A stretch of DNA of 64,000 nt. Origin: Salinivirgaceae bacterium. GTDB lineage: Bacteria > Bacteroidota > Bacteroidia > Bacteroidales > SZUA-534. How positions within the stretch are numbered: the stretch's first letter is position 1; each line of letters starts with the position of its first letter. The notes below the pieces were generated by a model, which saw only the letters and a program-made list of their open reading frames with translations, was not told where the DNA came from and made no database searches. Both the position numbers and the translations under genes were made by a program. Of the stretch, positions 55,523 to 64,000 are shown one piece after another. The stretch lies in assembly GCA_017551905.1 (NCBI GenBank), contig JAFZKK010000146.1:7343-71342 (forward strand). The letters are read 5' to 3'.

Positions 55523-56782
55523 ATGAATAATAACACACCAAAAACGAAGATAATCAACGACCCGGTTTTGGGGCTTATCGATTTCTCGTCGCCGTTGATT
55601 CTGTCGCTGATTGAGCACCCGTGGGTGCAGCGGTTGCGCCGCATAAAACAGTTGGGAATGAGCGATATGGTGTATCCAGGAGCGCAACACACGCGCTTTC
55701 TGCACACCATTGGTGCCACATCGCTGATGCGGCTCGCCATCGACACGCTCAACCTGAAGGGCGCCGGCATCACCGACCACGAACGCGAGAGTGCAATGGT
55801 GGCCATTTTGTTGCACGACATCGGCCATTGCCCGTTCTCGCATGCGCTCGAGCACCACATTGCCGATGTCAGCCACGAGGACATATCGCTGGTGTTTATG
55901 AACGAGTTGAACAAACAGTTCGGCGGTCAACTCGATACCGCAATTAGCATATTTACAGGTAATTATCCAAAGAAATATCTTTCACAGTTAGTCTCTGGCC
56001 AACTCGATGTCGATAGGCTCGACTATCTGCGCCGCGACAGCTTCTTCACCGGTGTGACCGAAGGCATTGTCAATACCGACCGCATAATAAAAATGCTGGA
56101 AGTGGTTGACGATAAGTTAGTTGTGGAGAAAAAAGGTATCTATTCGATAGAAAAATTCCTGATTGCCCGCCGTCTGATGTACTGGCAGGTTTATCTGCAC
56201 AAAACGGTGCATTCGGCTGAGCAACTGTTGATTAACATTCTGCGCCGCGCCAAATATCTGACCGACAAAGGCGAGGAGTTGCCGGCATCGCCCGCGTTTG
56301 CTTATTTCCTACGCAATAGTGTTGAGTTAGAGCAATTTAAGTCAGACGAAGTTTGCAAGAACGGAATGACCACGCTCGAGAATTTTGCAATGCTCGACGA
56401 TGGCGACCTGATGGTGTCGGTGAAAATGTGGGCATCGCACCCCGACCGCGTTTTGAGCACCTTGTGCCGCAACCTTATGAACCGCCAACTGCCCAAAACC
56501 ATTGTGCAAGACCAACCCGCCGACGACGGAATGGTGCGCCTTTTGCAGGACGGCGTGATGAAAAAATACGGGCTGACGGAGGACGAGGCAAGTTATTTTG
56601 TCAGTTCGGGAGTTATTGCCAACAAAGCCTACAGCCAACGCCACGACCAAATTCTGATAAAGGAGAAAGATGGTTCGGTGACCGAAATTGTCAACGTGGC
56701 CGATATGCTCAATATTCGCGCGCTTTCGACCACCATCAGTAAGTATTACATTTCGTGGCCTAAAGAGATAACTAACAGATAA
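55523..56782 (+). CDS. HD-domain phosphohydrolase (COG1078, SAMHD1/dNTPase-like)
   Basis: HTRFLHTIG and LLHDIGHCPFSH metal-binding HD motifs, plus DRLDYLRRD. The ORF-track start is TTG; ATG at 55523. Confidence 0.82.
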   Translation: MNNNTPKTKIINDPVLGLIDFSSPLILSLIEHPWVQRLRRIKQLGMSDMVYPGAQHTRFLHTIGATSLMRLAIDTLNLKGAGITDHERESAMVAILLHDIGHCPFSHALEHHIADVSHEDISLVFMNELNKQFGGQLDTAISIFTGNYPKKYLSQLVSGQLDVDRLDYLRRDSFFTGVTEGIVNTDRIIKMLEVVDDKLVVEKKGIYSIEKFLIARRLMYWQVYLHKTVHSAEQLLINILRRAKYLTDKGEELPASPAFAYFLRNSVELEQFKSDEVCKNGMTTLENFAMLDDGDLMVSVKMWASHPDRVLSTLCRNLMNRQLPKTIVQDQPADDGMVRLLQDGVMKKYGLTEDEASYFVSSGVIANKAYSQRHDQILIKEKDGSVTEIVNVADMLNIRALSTTISKYYISWPKEITNR

Positions 56783-56792
56783 TAAAATAGAT

Positions 56793-57269
56793 ATGAAAAA
56801 GAAAATTAACATAGCGTTTGTCGCTTCGGCGGCGGTTTACATTATAACAATGTTGCTGATGAGCGCGCACGCAAATTCGTTGTTAAACGAGTTCGCCACC
56901 AGTTTTGTAGAGGGTGACGAATTGCAGTTTTCGGTTTTAAGTTCGATTCAGAAGCCGCACACTACGGTCAACATCATCTTTTATGTAGCGTTGCTCGGCT
57001 TTGCGCTCTACCTTTTCGCTAAAGGTGCGAAAAAGGCGATAGTCTATCTTCCGGTTCTGATTTTCAGCGTGTTTGCGCTGTTCTGTTACGTGTCGTTGAG
57101 TGGCGCATTTTACAGCATCGGCGGTGGAAACTCAAGTTTTTCGGGACCATATTGGCTGATGTTTCTGATAGGAATATTCTTTGTCGCAGGAGCAATTGTT
57201 GTGACAGTGATTGGCTCAAATGCTGTTCGTAATCTGCTGAAGCACAAAGAAAATGGAACAAAAAAATAG
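56793..57269 (+). CDS. hypothetical small integral membrane protein
   Basis: 158 aa, about four hydrophobic helices, no recognisable motif. Confidence 0.55.
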   Translation: MKKKINIAFVASAAVYIITMLLMSAHANSLLNEFATSFVEGDELQFSVLSSIQKPHTTVNIIFYVALLGFALYLFAKGAKKAIVYLPVLIFSVFALFCYVSLSGAFYSIGGGNSSFSGPYWLMFLIGIFFVAGAIVVTVIGSNAVRNLLKHKENGTKK

Positions 57270-57299
57270 AATCATAAATCAAAAATCATAAAATTAAAA

Positions 57300-58265
57300 A
57301 TGAGAACATATACATCAGTATTCGATTTGCCGAAGTTAGACGAGGCGCTGAAAATGGCCGCCGAAGTGAAAAAGAATCCTTTCGGTTGGGAGCATCTGGG
57401 CAAGCACAAAACCTGCCTGCTCATCTTCTTCAACAACAGTCTGCGCACCCGCTTGAGCACGCAGAAAGCCGCCCGCAACTTAGGTATGGACGTGATTGTG
57501 CTCGATGTGAACCAAGGTGCGTGGAAACTCGAAACGGAGCGCGGCGTGGTGATGGACGGCGACAAGAGCGAGCACTTGCTCGAAGCCATTCCTGTGATGG
57601 CGCAGTATTGCGACATTCTGGGTGTACGCTCGTTTGCCCGCTTCGAAAACCGCGACGATGACTATACTGAAAAAATTCTGAATCAGTTTGTTAAATATTC
57701 GGGTAAACCGGTATTCTCGATGGAGGCCGCTACCTGTCACCCGTTGCAGGCCTTTGCCGACCTTATCACCATCGAGGAGTATAAAAAGGTGAAACGCCCG
57801 AAGGTTGTGCTCACGTGGGCGCCGCACCCGCGCTCGCTGCCGCAGGCCGTGCCAAACTCGTTTGCCGATTTCATGAACGAGGCCGATGTCGATTTCGTAA
57901 TCACTCACCCCGAGGGCTACGAGCTCGACCCGAAGTTTGTGCGTGGCGCGCGTGTCGAGTACAATCAGAAGAAGGCTTTTGAAGGTGCCGATTTCATCTA
58001 CGCCAAAAACTGGTCGTGTCCGGGCGTTACCTGCCCCGACAAGTACGGACAGATTTTGAGCAAGGATATGAGTTGGACCGTTGACACCGAGCATATGAGC
58101 TGGACCAACCAAGCCAAGTTTATGCACTGCCTGCCCGTCCGCCGCAATATGATTGTTACCGACGACGTGATTGAAAGTCCCGACTCGATTGTCATTCCCG
58201 AGGCCGCCAATCGCGTGGTTTCGGCACAAACGGTGCTGAAATTGATGCTGGAGAGTGAGTTTTGA
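57300..58265 (+). CDS. argF': N-succinyl-L-ornithine (or N-acyl-ornithine) carbamoyltransferase, ArgF' type
   Basis: Colinear and highly similar to the Bacteroides fragilis ArgF' sequence as I remember it (FFNNSLRTRLSTQKAA, QGAWKLETERGV.MDGDK.EHLLEAIPVM, HCLPVRRN). Confidence 0.85.
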   Translation: MRTYTSVFDLPKLDEALKMAAEVKKNPFGWEHLGKHKTCLLIFFNNSLRTRLSTQKAARNLGMDVIVLDVNQGAWKLETERGVVMDGDKSEHLLEAIPVMAQYCDILGVRSFARFENRDDDYTEKILNQFVKYSGKPVFSMEAATCHPLQAFADLITIEEYKKVKRPKVVLTWAPHPRSLPQAVPNSFADFMNEADVDFVITHPEGYELDPKFVRGARVEYNQKKAFEGADFIYAKNWSCPGVTCPDKYGQILSKDMSWTVDTEHMSWTNQAKFMHCLPVRRNMIVTDDVIESPDSIVIPEAANRVVSAQTVLKLMLESEF

Positions 58266-58306
58266 TATTTATGTGAACGAACCCTATTAAGGAATTATAT
58301 AAAATT

Positions 58307-58348
58307 CAGCCAAAATCGATAAACACTTCGGTTTTGGCTGAGATTTTT
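58307..58348 (+). terminator. rho-independent terminator after argF'
   Basis: cagccaaaatcga-taaacact-tcggttttggctg (13-bp stem, one G-U) followed by AGATTTTT. Confidence 0.65.
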
Positions 58349-58486
58349 AATGCCATATTCAAAGAGATTAATTTCATAAACAGAGGTTAAAAAACGCTTA
58401 TTGCTATGACTTATAGTTGTTTACGCTTAGCATCATTGTTTTTTGAAAAAAAATCTATTGCAAGGTTAGCCGTTTGCACTTTTTTC

Positions 58487-58494
58487 TATCTTTG
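58487..58494 (+). promoter_or_regulatory. -7 promoter box (TAtcTTTG) for tRNA-Lys
   Basis: Exact TAnnTTTG match ending 7 nt before tRNA position 1. Confidence 0.55.
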
Positions 58495-58500
58495 CGGCAC

Positions 58501-58573
58501 GGATTCGTAGCTCAGTTGGTAGAGCAGCAGACTCTTAATCTGCGGGTCGTGGGTTCGACCCCCACCGGATTCA
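58501..58573 (+). tRNA. tRNA-Lys (anticodon CUU)
   Basis: Cloverleaf: acceptor ggattcg/cggattc, D-arm gctc-agttggta-gagc, anticodon stem gcaga/tctgc with loop cTCTTAa, T-arm gtggg-ttcgacc-cccac. CCA is not encoded. Confidence 0.92.
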
Positions 58574-58577
58574 CCGA

Positions 58578-58610
58578 AAGCCTTGAAACGAAAGTTTTGA
58601 GGCTTTTTTG
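58578..58610 (+). terminator. rho-independent terminator after tRNA-Lys
   Basis: gccttgaaac-GAAA-gttttgaggc (10-bp stem with two G-U pairs) followed by T6. Confidence 0.75.
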
Positions 58611-58638
58611 TTTGATTTTGTGAGGTTTGCGGTTGCCC

Positions 58639-60135
58639 TTATTTTGATATTCCCAATTCGCGGTAGGTTTCTTCAAGTGCGGCGTTGTCGTCGGTTATGA
58701 CTAACAGCTTGTCACCCGCCATAAGTATGGTGCGGCCAGTTGGCACGAAAAAGGTGCTGTCGCGCTTTACCATAATGGCCAACGTTTTCTCTGGCATTTT
58801 CAAATCCATCAGTCGCGAGCCGTTCCTCAGTACTTCGTCGGTAATCAGAATCTCCGATGTGGCTGATTTTATCTCTTCCGGAAAATCGATGTCGAAGTGC
58901 TTGGGCTTTAGGTTGTTACCCTTCGGTTCCTTTGATACGCCAAGTTTGTTGGCAATGAACGGCAACGTTGTGCCTTGCACCAGTAGCGACACTAACGTGC
59001 AGAAAAACACCATATTAAATATCAGCCGTGCGTGCGGAACGTTGTTCACTATCGCCAATATTGCGAAAATGATTGGAACGGCGCCGCGCAGTCCCACCCA
59101 CGATATGAAGATTTTGTTGGTGAAACTGAAATTCTTGAACGGCGAGAGTGATGCAAAAACACTTATCGGTCTTGTAACCAGTATCATAGCCGCACTAACC
59201 AATAATCCGGGAATCATCACATCCTTGAGTTCTGCCGGGTTGACTAACAGGCCAAGTGTCAGGAACAGACACAGTTGGCTCAGCCATGTGAGGCCGGCAA
59301 AAAAGTTCGACGTCGAGCGCTTGTGTGCGAACGGCATATTGCCGATAACCAAACCTCCCACATACACAGCCAGATAGCTGTTGCCTTTCAGGTAATATGT
59401 CGATGAGAAAATGAATATGCAGAAGGTGAGTACCAGAATGGGGTAGAGCATGGCGTTTTCCATTTTCAACCTGTTGATAATGCCTATCAGAAGGCCGCCA
59501 AGCAGCAGTCCGACAGCGCCGCCGATAGCCATTTGAAAGATGACCGAGAAAACGGCCAATAGGTAATGCGGCTCGGCGTTTGCCTGCGCAAGGCCGATGA
59601 ATGTTGTTGTGAGCACATACGCCATAGGGTCGTTACTGCCGCTTTCGAGCTCAAGTGTCGGGCGTAGGTTATTCTTCAGTATCAGGCCTTTAGAACGCAA
59701 GATTGAGAAAACCGAAGCCGAATCAGTCGACGACATTGTGGCGGCAAGCAGCATGGCGGTTATCATGCCAATGCCGGCCGACTTCATTGTCATGCCCAAA
59801 ATCCACCAAATGGCGATGCCCGTGAGTATGGTTGTCAGCAGCACGCCAACGGTCGCCAGCATTATACCCGGTGCGATAACCGGCTTAATGTCAGCTATTT
59901 TAGTGTCCATTCCGCCCGAGAACAGAATGATGCAAATGGTTACGGTTCCAATGGTTTGCGCCACATTGTAGTTGTCGAAATCGATGCCGAAGCCGTCGCT
60001 GCCGAAAAGCATGCCCACGCCAATGAACAGCAACAGTATGGGAATGCCGAATTTGGAGCTCGCTTTTTCAGCTAAAATGCTGATAAAGAAGAGTATCGAC
60101 ACAATCAACAGCAGAAGTTCTATCTTGACATCCAT
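58639..60135 (-). CDS. K+/H+ (cation/proton) antiporter, CPA1 NhaP2/CvrA type with C-terminal TrkA-C domain
   Basis: 498 aa. About 12 TM helices, then a soluble RCK_C-like tail (…LAIMVKRDSTFFVPTGRTILMAGDKLLVI). Confidence 0.85.
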   Translation of the reverse strand: MDVKIELLLLIVSILFFISILAEKASSKFGIPILLLFIGVGMLFGSDGFGIDFDNYNVAQTIGTVTICIILFSGGMDTKIADIKPVIAPGIMLATVGVLLTTILTGIAIWWILGMTMKSAGIGMITAMLLAATMSSTDSASVFSILRSKGLILKNNLRPTLELESGSNDPMAYVLTTTFIGLAQANAEPHYLLAVFSVIFQMAIGGAVGLLLGGLLIGIINRLKMENAMLYPILVLTFCIFIFSSTYYLKGNSYLAVYVGGLVIGNMPFAHKRSTSNFFAGLTWLSQLCLFLTLGLLVNPAELKDVMIPGLLVSAAMILVTRPISVFASLSPFKNFSFTNKIFISWVGLRGAVPIIFAILAIVNNVPHARLIFNMVFFCTLVSLLVQGTTLPFIANKLGVSKEPKGNNLKPKHFDIDFPEEIKSATSEILITDEVLRNGSRLMDLKMPEKTLAIMVKRDSTFFVPTGRTILMAGDKLLVITDDNAALEETYRELGISK

Positions 60136-60173
60136 TCTATATCCTTTTCTGTCCGTCTATTTTTCAGACATCG

Positions 60174-60181
60174 CAAAGTTA
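60174..60181 (-). promoter_or_regulatory. -7 promoter box (TAacTTTG) for the antiporter gene
   Basis: The reverse complement reads TAACTTTG, 39 nt upstream of ATG 60135. Confidence 0.5.
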
Positions 60182-60270
60182 TTAGAATAAAGGTGGGTTT
60201 GACAATGTTTTTTCGGCTGAGAATGAAGAAAAATGCGGTGCTGACCGATATCTGGCACCAGCCTGATGCC

Positions 60271-61515
60271 CTAATTGAACTTTATGGCCTTTGCCGGACT
60301 TATGTGCGACACGAGTAATGAAGGTAACAGCATGACAATCAGTGTTGAAACGAGCGTGCCGACGTTGAGCGCAACCACATGCATCCATTTCAGATTGATG
60401 GGCACGGTGCTCATATAGTACGACGCCTCGTCGAGCGGCACAATGCCGAAGTGCTGTTGCAACAAGCACAGACCGATGCCGATGATGTTCCCCCAAGCCA
60501 ATCCTTTGACAATCAGGAAGAATGACTGAATGATAAATATCTTTTGAATATGCCAATTGCTGTAGCCTAACGCCTTGAGAAGGCCAATCAGGTTGGTTTT
60601 TTCGAGAATCAGAATCAACAGGCCCGAAATCATGTTGAAGCCTGCCACGGCAAGCATCAGAGCCAGAATCACCCACACGTTCATGTCTTGAAGGTTGAGC
60701 CAGTCGAAAATTTGCGGATAGCGTTCTTTTATGTTCATGATTTTCAGGCTCGAACCGCCCTTCAAGAAGTTGTTGCCAGCCACAAAAAAGATGCTGTCGG
60801 CAATAGATTCAAGGTTGTCGAAGTTGTTGATATTCACCTCGTAACCGCTTATTTGGTTGGGTTGCCAGTCGTTCACTTTTTGTAGGTGGCGCATGTCAAC
60901 CATGGCGTAGATGTGGTCGAAATCCTCAATGCTTGTCTTGTAAAGGCCGCTCACAATAAACGGGCGCATGCGTGGCGGTTTCTGCACAAAATAGACCGTA
61001 ATCTTGTCGCCTACAGACAGATGCAACAGGTTGGCCTGATATTCTGACATGAAAATCCTGTTCGATTTTACGGTGTCGGTGATGCTGAACGTGTCGCCGG
61101 CCACCAAATGGCTGCGCAGAAACGACCAGTCGAAATCAGCGTCGATGCCCTTCAAGACAACGGCCTGAATGTCGTTCTTAGTTTTCACAATGCCCGATTT
61201 CAGCACGTATGGTTGCACATGCGTAACGCCGTCAATGGCAAGTATGTCGTTGATTGGCACTGCATTAGCGTCAATTGGTTGAGTCTCGAACGAGTTATTG
61301 GCGTCGAAATTTGAAATCTGCACATCGGCGCTGAACCCTGTAACTTTTGAGCTAACCTCGTTGCGGAAGCCAGTGACAATGGCCATACTCAAAATCATCA
61401 CGGCCAGCCCCAGAGCGATGCCCGCAACCGAAATGTTGACAATCGGGCCGGTAAACGAGCGGCCGTCTTTCCGGTTGAAAGTGATACGGTTTGCTATGAA
61501 AAACTCAGGTTTCAA
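60271..61515 (-). CDS. FtsX-like ABC transporter permease (LolC/E-like)
   Basis: MacB/FtsX topology and a family-typical N-terminus ...FFIANRITFNRK. There is no in-frame ATG. The ORF-track TTG (61548) lies upstream of the promoter box, so TTG 61515 (MKPEFFIANR) is preferred. Confidence 0.8.
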   Translation of the reverse strand: MKPEFFIANRITFNRKDGRSFTGPIVNISVAGIALGLAVMILSMAIVTGFRNEVSSKVTGFSADVQISNFDANNSFETQPIDANAVPINDILAIDGVTHVQPYVLKSGIVKTKNDIQAVVLKGIDADFDWSFLRSHLVAGDTFSITDTVKSNRIFMSEYQANLLHLSVGDKITVYFVQKPPRMRPFIVSGLYKTSIEDFDHIYAMVDMRHLQKVNDWQPNQISGYEVNINNFDNLESIADSIFFVAGNNFLKGGSSLKIMNIKERYPQIFDWLNLQDMNVWVILALMLAVAGFNMISGLLILILEKTNLIGLLKALGYSNWHIQKIFIIQSFFLIVKGLAWGNIIGIGLCLLQQHFGIVPLDEASYYMSTVPINLKWMHVVALNVGTLVSTLIVMLLPSLLVSHISPAKAIKFN

Positions 61516-61536
61516 TTTTTTGTTTTTTCTGACTGA

Positions 61537-61544
61537 CAAATGTA
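61537..61544 (-). promoter_or_regulatory. -7 promoter box (TAcaTTTG) for the LolE-like gene
   Basis: The reverse complement reads TACATTTG, 22 nt upstream of the TTG at 61515. Confidence 0.45.
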
Positions 61545-61660
61545 GCAAACGGACTGTATTTTTTCACAAATATGTTGAGGAGTCGCAAACGCAAACTAAA
61601 ACCTTATCATATAGCAAACATAAAGGGAAGATATACGATTCTGAATGCATTTAAATTGGC

Positions 61661-61705
61661 AATAAAAATCCGCAGGCAACCCAATGCAAAGGCTACCTGC
61701 GGATT
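61661..61705 (-). terminator. rho-independent terminator after the interrupted TonB-dependent receptor
   Basis: Perfect 10-bp stem aatccgcagg/cctgcggatt (61667-76 / 61696-705). It is followed on the minus strand by TTTTT. Confidence 0.75.
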
Positions 61706-61727
61706 TCAGCAACTATTTCATCAATTT

Positions 61728-64000
61728 TCAAAACCTCGCCTTAACCGCAAAATTAGGCAGCAAGCGGAACAATGTGGTCTGCATTACGCGAACCTGGCCG
61801 TGGTCGGTGTCGAAGCGGTAGCCCAACGGATTCTTGCGACCATAAACATTGTAAAGTCCGAAGTTTGCCGACCAAACCACACGACCTTGTTTTTCAGGCT
61901 CATAGCCAACCGACAGGTCGAGGCGGTGGTAGGCAGGGAAACGGCTTGAATTGCGCTCGGAATAGATTGGCACCGCCATTTCAGTGTAACTGTCCTCGGT
62001 TTGATAGAAACCCACGGGCAAGGTTGTGGGGCGGCCGCTGGTGTAAATCCACACCGCGCTTGCCGACCAATTGGCTGTGAGTTTGTAGTTTGCGTTGATT
62101 TTCAGGTCGTGCGGAATGTCGTAGAGCGAACTGTACTCGCGGCCGTCGTTAATGTCATCGATGGTACGCAGTGAGCGCGAATAGGTGTAACTGATGCCAC
62201 CCGTCAGGCGTCCTTGCGTTTTGCGGGCGTTCAACTCAAGACCGTAGGCGCGGGCTGTGCCTGTGCGCACCTCGCCCTCAATGTACGGATTGTTGAGTAG
62301 CCGTGCGTGGTCGACATAATCAATCTGATTGGTGTACCACTTGTAGTAAAGTTCAGCCGACAGACTGTATTGACTGCCAATGTTTTGGAACCACCCAGCC
62401 GACACCACATCGACCAAAACGGGCTTTATGTTGGCGTTGGCTGGAAACCACGTTTCGAGCGACGAGTACGACAACGTGCTGTTCTGTAAAACCTGCATAT
62501 ACTGTGCGTTACGGGCATACCCCTATGTGAGCGAACGGTCGGCGGGTAATTTGAAATTGACATTCACGCGCGGCTCAACGCTTGTGTGCGTCTTGTAAAC
62601 GCCGCTGTTGTTCTTTTTAGTGCCAACCACTTGATGTTCAGAATCATACTCATACCAAGTAGCCTCGCCGCAGTTTTGGAAAACCGACAGGCGCACGCCG
62701 TAGTTCACGCCGAGCCACTCAACTGGCGTAAAATCGTGAAGCAGATAGGCAAAATGCTCAAAAGCGCTAATCTGCGGAATGCTTTGTAGCGAGTCGGCCG
62801 TCTGCCCTGGCACAAAATGGTGGTGCGTTGTGCCCAAACCCGCTTTCACGGTATTTTCGGGGCTGATGTAGAAAGCCAAATCGGTTTTCAGATTCACGTC
62901 AGTTATGCCCGTTTCCCAGCGGTATTTGTGCTTGTTCTCGTTGAATTCCATATAGTTAGTGTAATCGCTGACAATGACCGACGTGTTCACAAACAGGCGG
63001 CTGCCAATGTTGACATTCCAGCGCAGCGTTCCCGACGTGTTGCCCCAGCGGTTGAAAAATCCGTCGGACGATTCAATACGGTCTTTACCGTTGTAGAACG
63101 ACAGGAACAATCGGTTTCGACTGTTAATCTGAAAGTTAAGTTTGGCGTTCACATCGTAGAAAGCAGGCATAAGCGAGAAAACATCGCCTGCGCCGCAGAA
63201 CAAATCAATCAAACTTTTGCGTGCCGAAACCAAGAAACTCGCACGCTCGCGCAACACTGGTCCGCTGGCCGTCAGTGTTGACGATAACGGGCTGATACCC
63301 ACCGCAAAATCGAATTTGTTGGGGTTGCCTTCCTTCATTTTGCAGTCGATAACCGACGACACGCGCCCGCCGTACTGCGCTGGCATATTGCTCTTGAACA
63401 ATTCGACGTGGTTCACGGCGTCGGGGTTGAAGATTGACACCAAACCGAACAAATGCGAAGGGTTGTAGATAGGCGCCTCGTCAATCAGAATCAGGTTCTG
63501 GTCGTTGCCGCCGCCGCGCACGAACATTCCCGACGAGCCGTCGCCCAGCGTTTTCACGCCCGACTGCAACTGCACAACCTTCACCACATCGGCTTCGCCA
63601 AACATCGACGGCATCTGGCGGATTGAGCGCATTGTAAGCCTTTCCTCACAAAACTGGTTGGTTCTCAACGCCATATCACGACCTTCAGCCGTAACCGTTA
63701 CAGTCTCAAGGCTCACCGTTTCTTCGGCCAAACCGAAATTGTGGCTCACGTTGCCGTTAAGGTTGGCACTGAACTCGACGGTCTGATAGCCTACAAACGA
63801 GCAATGCACCGTGTGACTGCCCGCGGGCAGCGAGAGCGAGTAAAAGCCGTAGCCGTTGGTTGTGGCGCCCTTCTGAAGCGCGGTATCGTAAACGGTCGCA
63901 CCCACAAGCACCTCGCCCGTGGCAAGGTCTTTCACGTAGCCGCTGATGGTGTATTGTTGACCGAACGCACTTGCAACTGATAATATGAAAATTGAAAGTA
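61728..64000 (-). pseudogene. TonB-dependent receptor (CarboxypepD_reg-like + plug + barrel) interrupted by one in-frame TAG; 5' end off the right edge
   Basis: ORFs 62523-63935 and 61728-62498 are in the same frame, separated only by TAG (62525-62523) and 8 sense codons (GYARNAQY). The frame stays open upstream to base 64000 (...LSIFILSVASAFGQQYTISGYVKDL, signal peptide end). The C-terminus is ...LLPNFAVKARF. Confidence 0.8.

Noticed and set aside
55168-55930. Two overlapping minus-strand ORFs of about 250 aa across the phosphatase/HD gene junction
   Set aside because: They are antisense to two genes with clear PP2C and HD motifs, and overlap each other in different frames.
57480-58229. 249-aa minus-strand ORF inside argF'
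   Set aside because: It is antisense to a gene with near-complete colinearity to a characterised transcarbamylase family.
60182-60676. 164-aa minus-strand ORF overlapping the 3' part of the LolE-like gene in another frame
   Set aside because: It is Arg/His/Gly/Ser-rich and out of frame with a conserved FtsX-type permease. Its extension into the spacer has no start signals.
62523-62525. Possibility that the in-frame TAG is read as a sense codon (stop-codon reassignment or Pyl)
   Set aside because: TAG is used as the genuine stop of essential genes in the same window (rplW, rpsQ, rplR). Standard code 11 therefore applies, and a nonsense mutation or sequencing error is more likely.

Overview
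This 64-kb window is a core chromosomal segment of a Bacteroidales-type (Bacteroidota) genome. Supporting evidence: TAnnTTTG -7 promoter boxes, A-rich leaders without Shine-Dalgarno sequences, a DUF5683-parB-parA cluster, an ArgF'-type transcarbamylase, and the tmRNA tag GENSYALAA. No mobile element, CRISPR array or rRNA is visible.

Layout:
- 1-21.2 kb: mostly minus-strand housekeeping genes. In order: a partial secreted protein, valS, a TPR-like protein, a zinc-ribbon/Nif3 pair, rarA, an AlkD-like protein, a BI-1-like protein, a sigma-54 activator, ppx, an ABC-2 exporter pair, an SGNH hydrolase, an MltD-like transglycosylase, DUF5683, parB, parA and a THUMP methyltransferase.
- 21.6-28.8 kb: two tandem paralogous modules, each a YfiR-like (DUF4154) periplasmic protein plus a large TonB-dependent-receptor-like protein.
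- 29.07-46.0 kb: an uninterrupted str-S10-spc-alpha ribosomal super-operon, rpsL to rplQ. It includes fusA, secY, infA, rpoA and the sub-60-aa rpmJ that the ORF track misses. It has no tuf, adk or map.
- 46.2-64 kb: a GH9-like hydrolase, a PolB-exo-like exonuclease, tmRNA, an FKBP lipoprotein, an SDR, a VOC protein, efp, a GAF-PP2C phosphatase, an HD hydrolase, a small membrane protein, argF', tRNA-Lys(CUU), an NhaP2-type antiporter, a LolE-like permease, and a TonB-dependent receptor broken by one in-frame TAG that runs off the right edge.

Most noteworthy observations:
- The orphan duplicated YfiR-like/receptor modules, with a shared repeated N-terminal motif and divergent helical inserts.
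- A structured roughly 100-nt spacer where map normally sits, between secY and infA.
- A lone perfect AGGAGG upstream of rplW in an otherwise SD-free operon.
- A family of hexamer-periodic (NNTAAC)n stop-rich intergenic tracts.
- The amber-interrupted receptor.

All functional calls come from reading the translations and motifs by eye. No database search was run.
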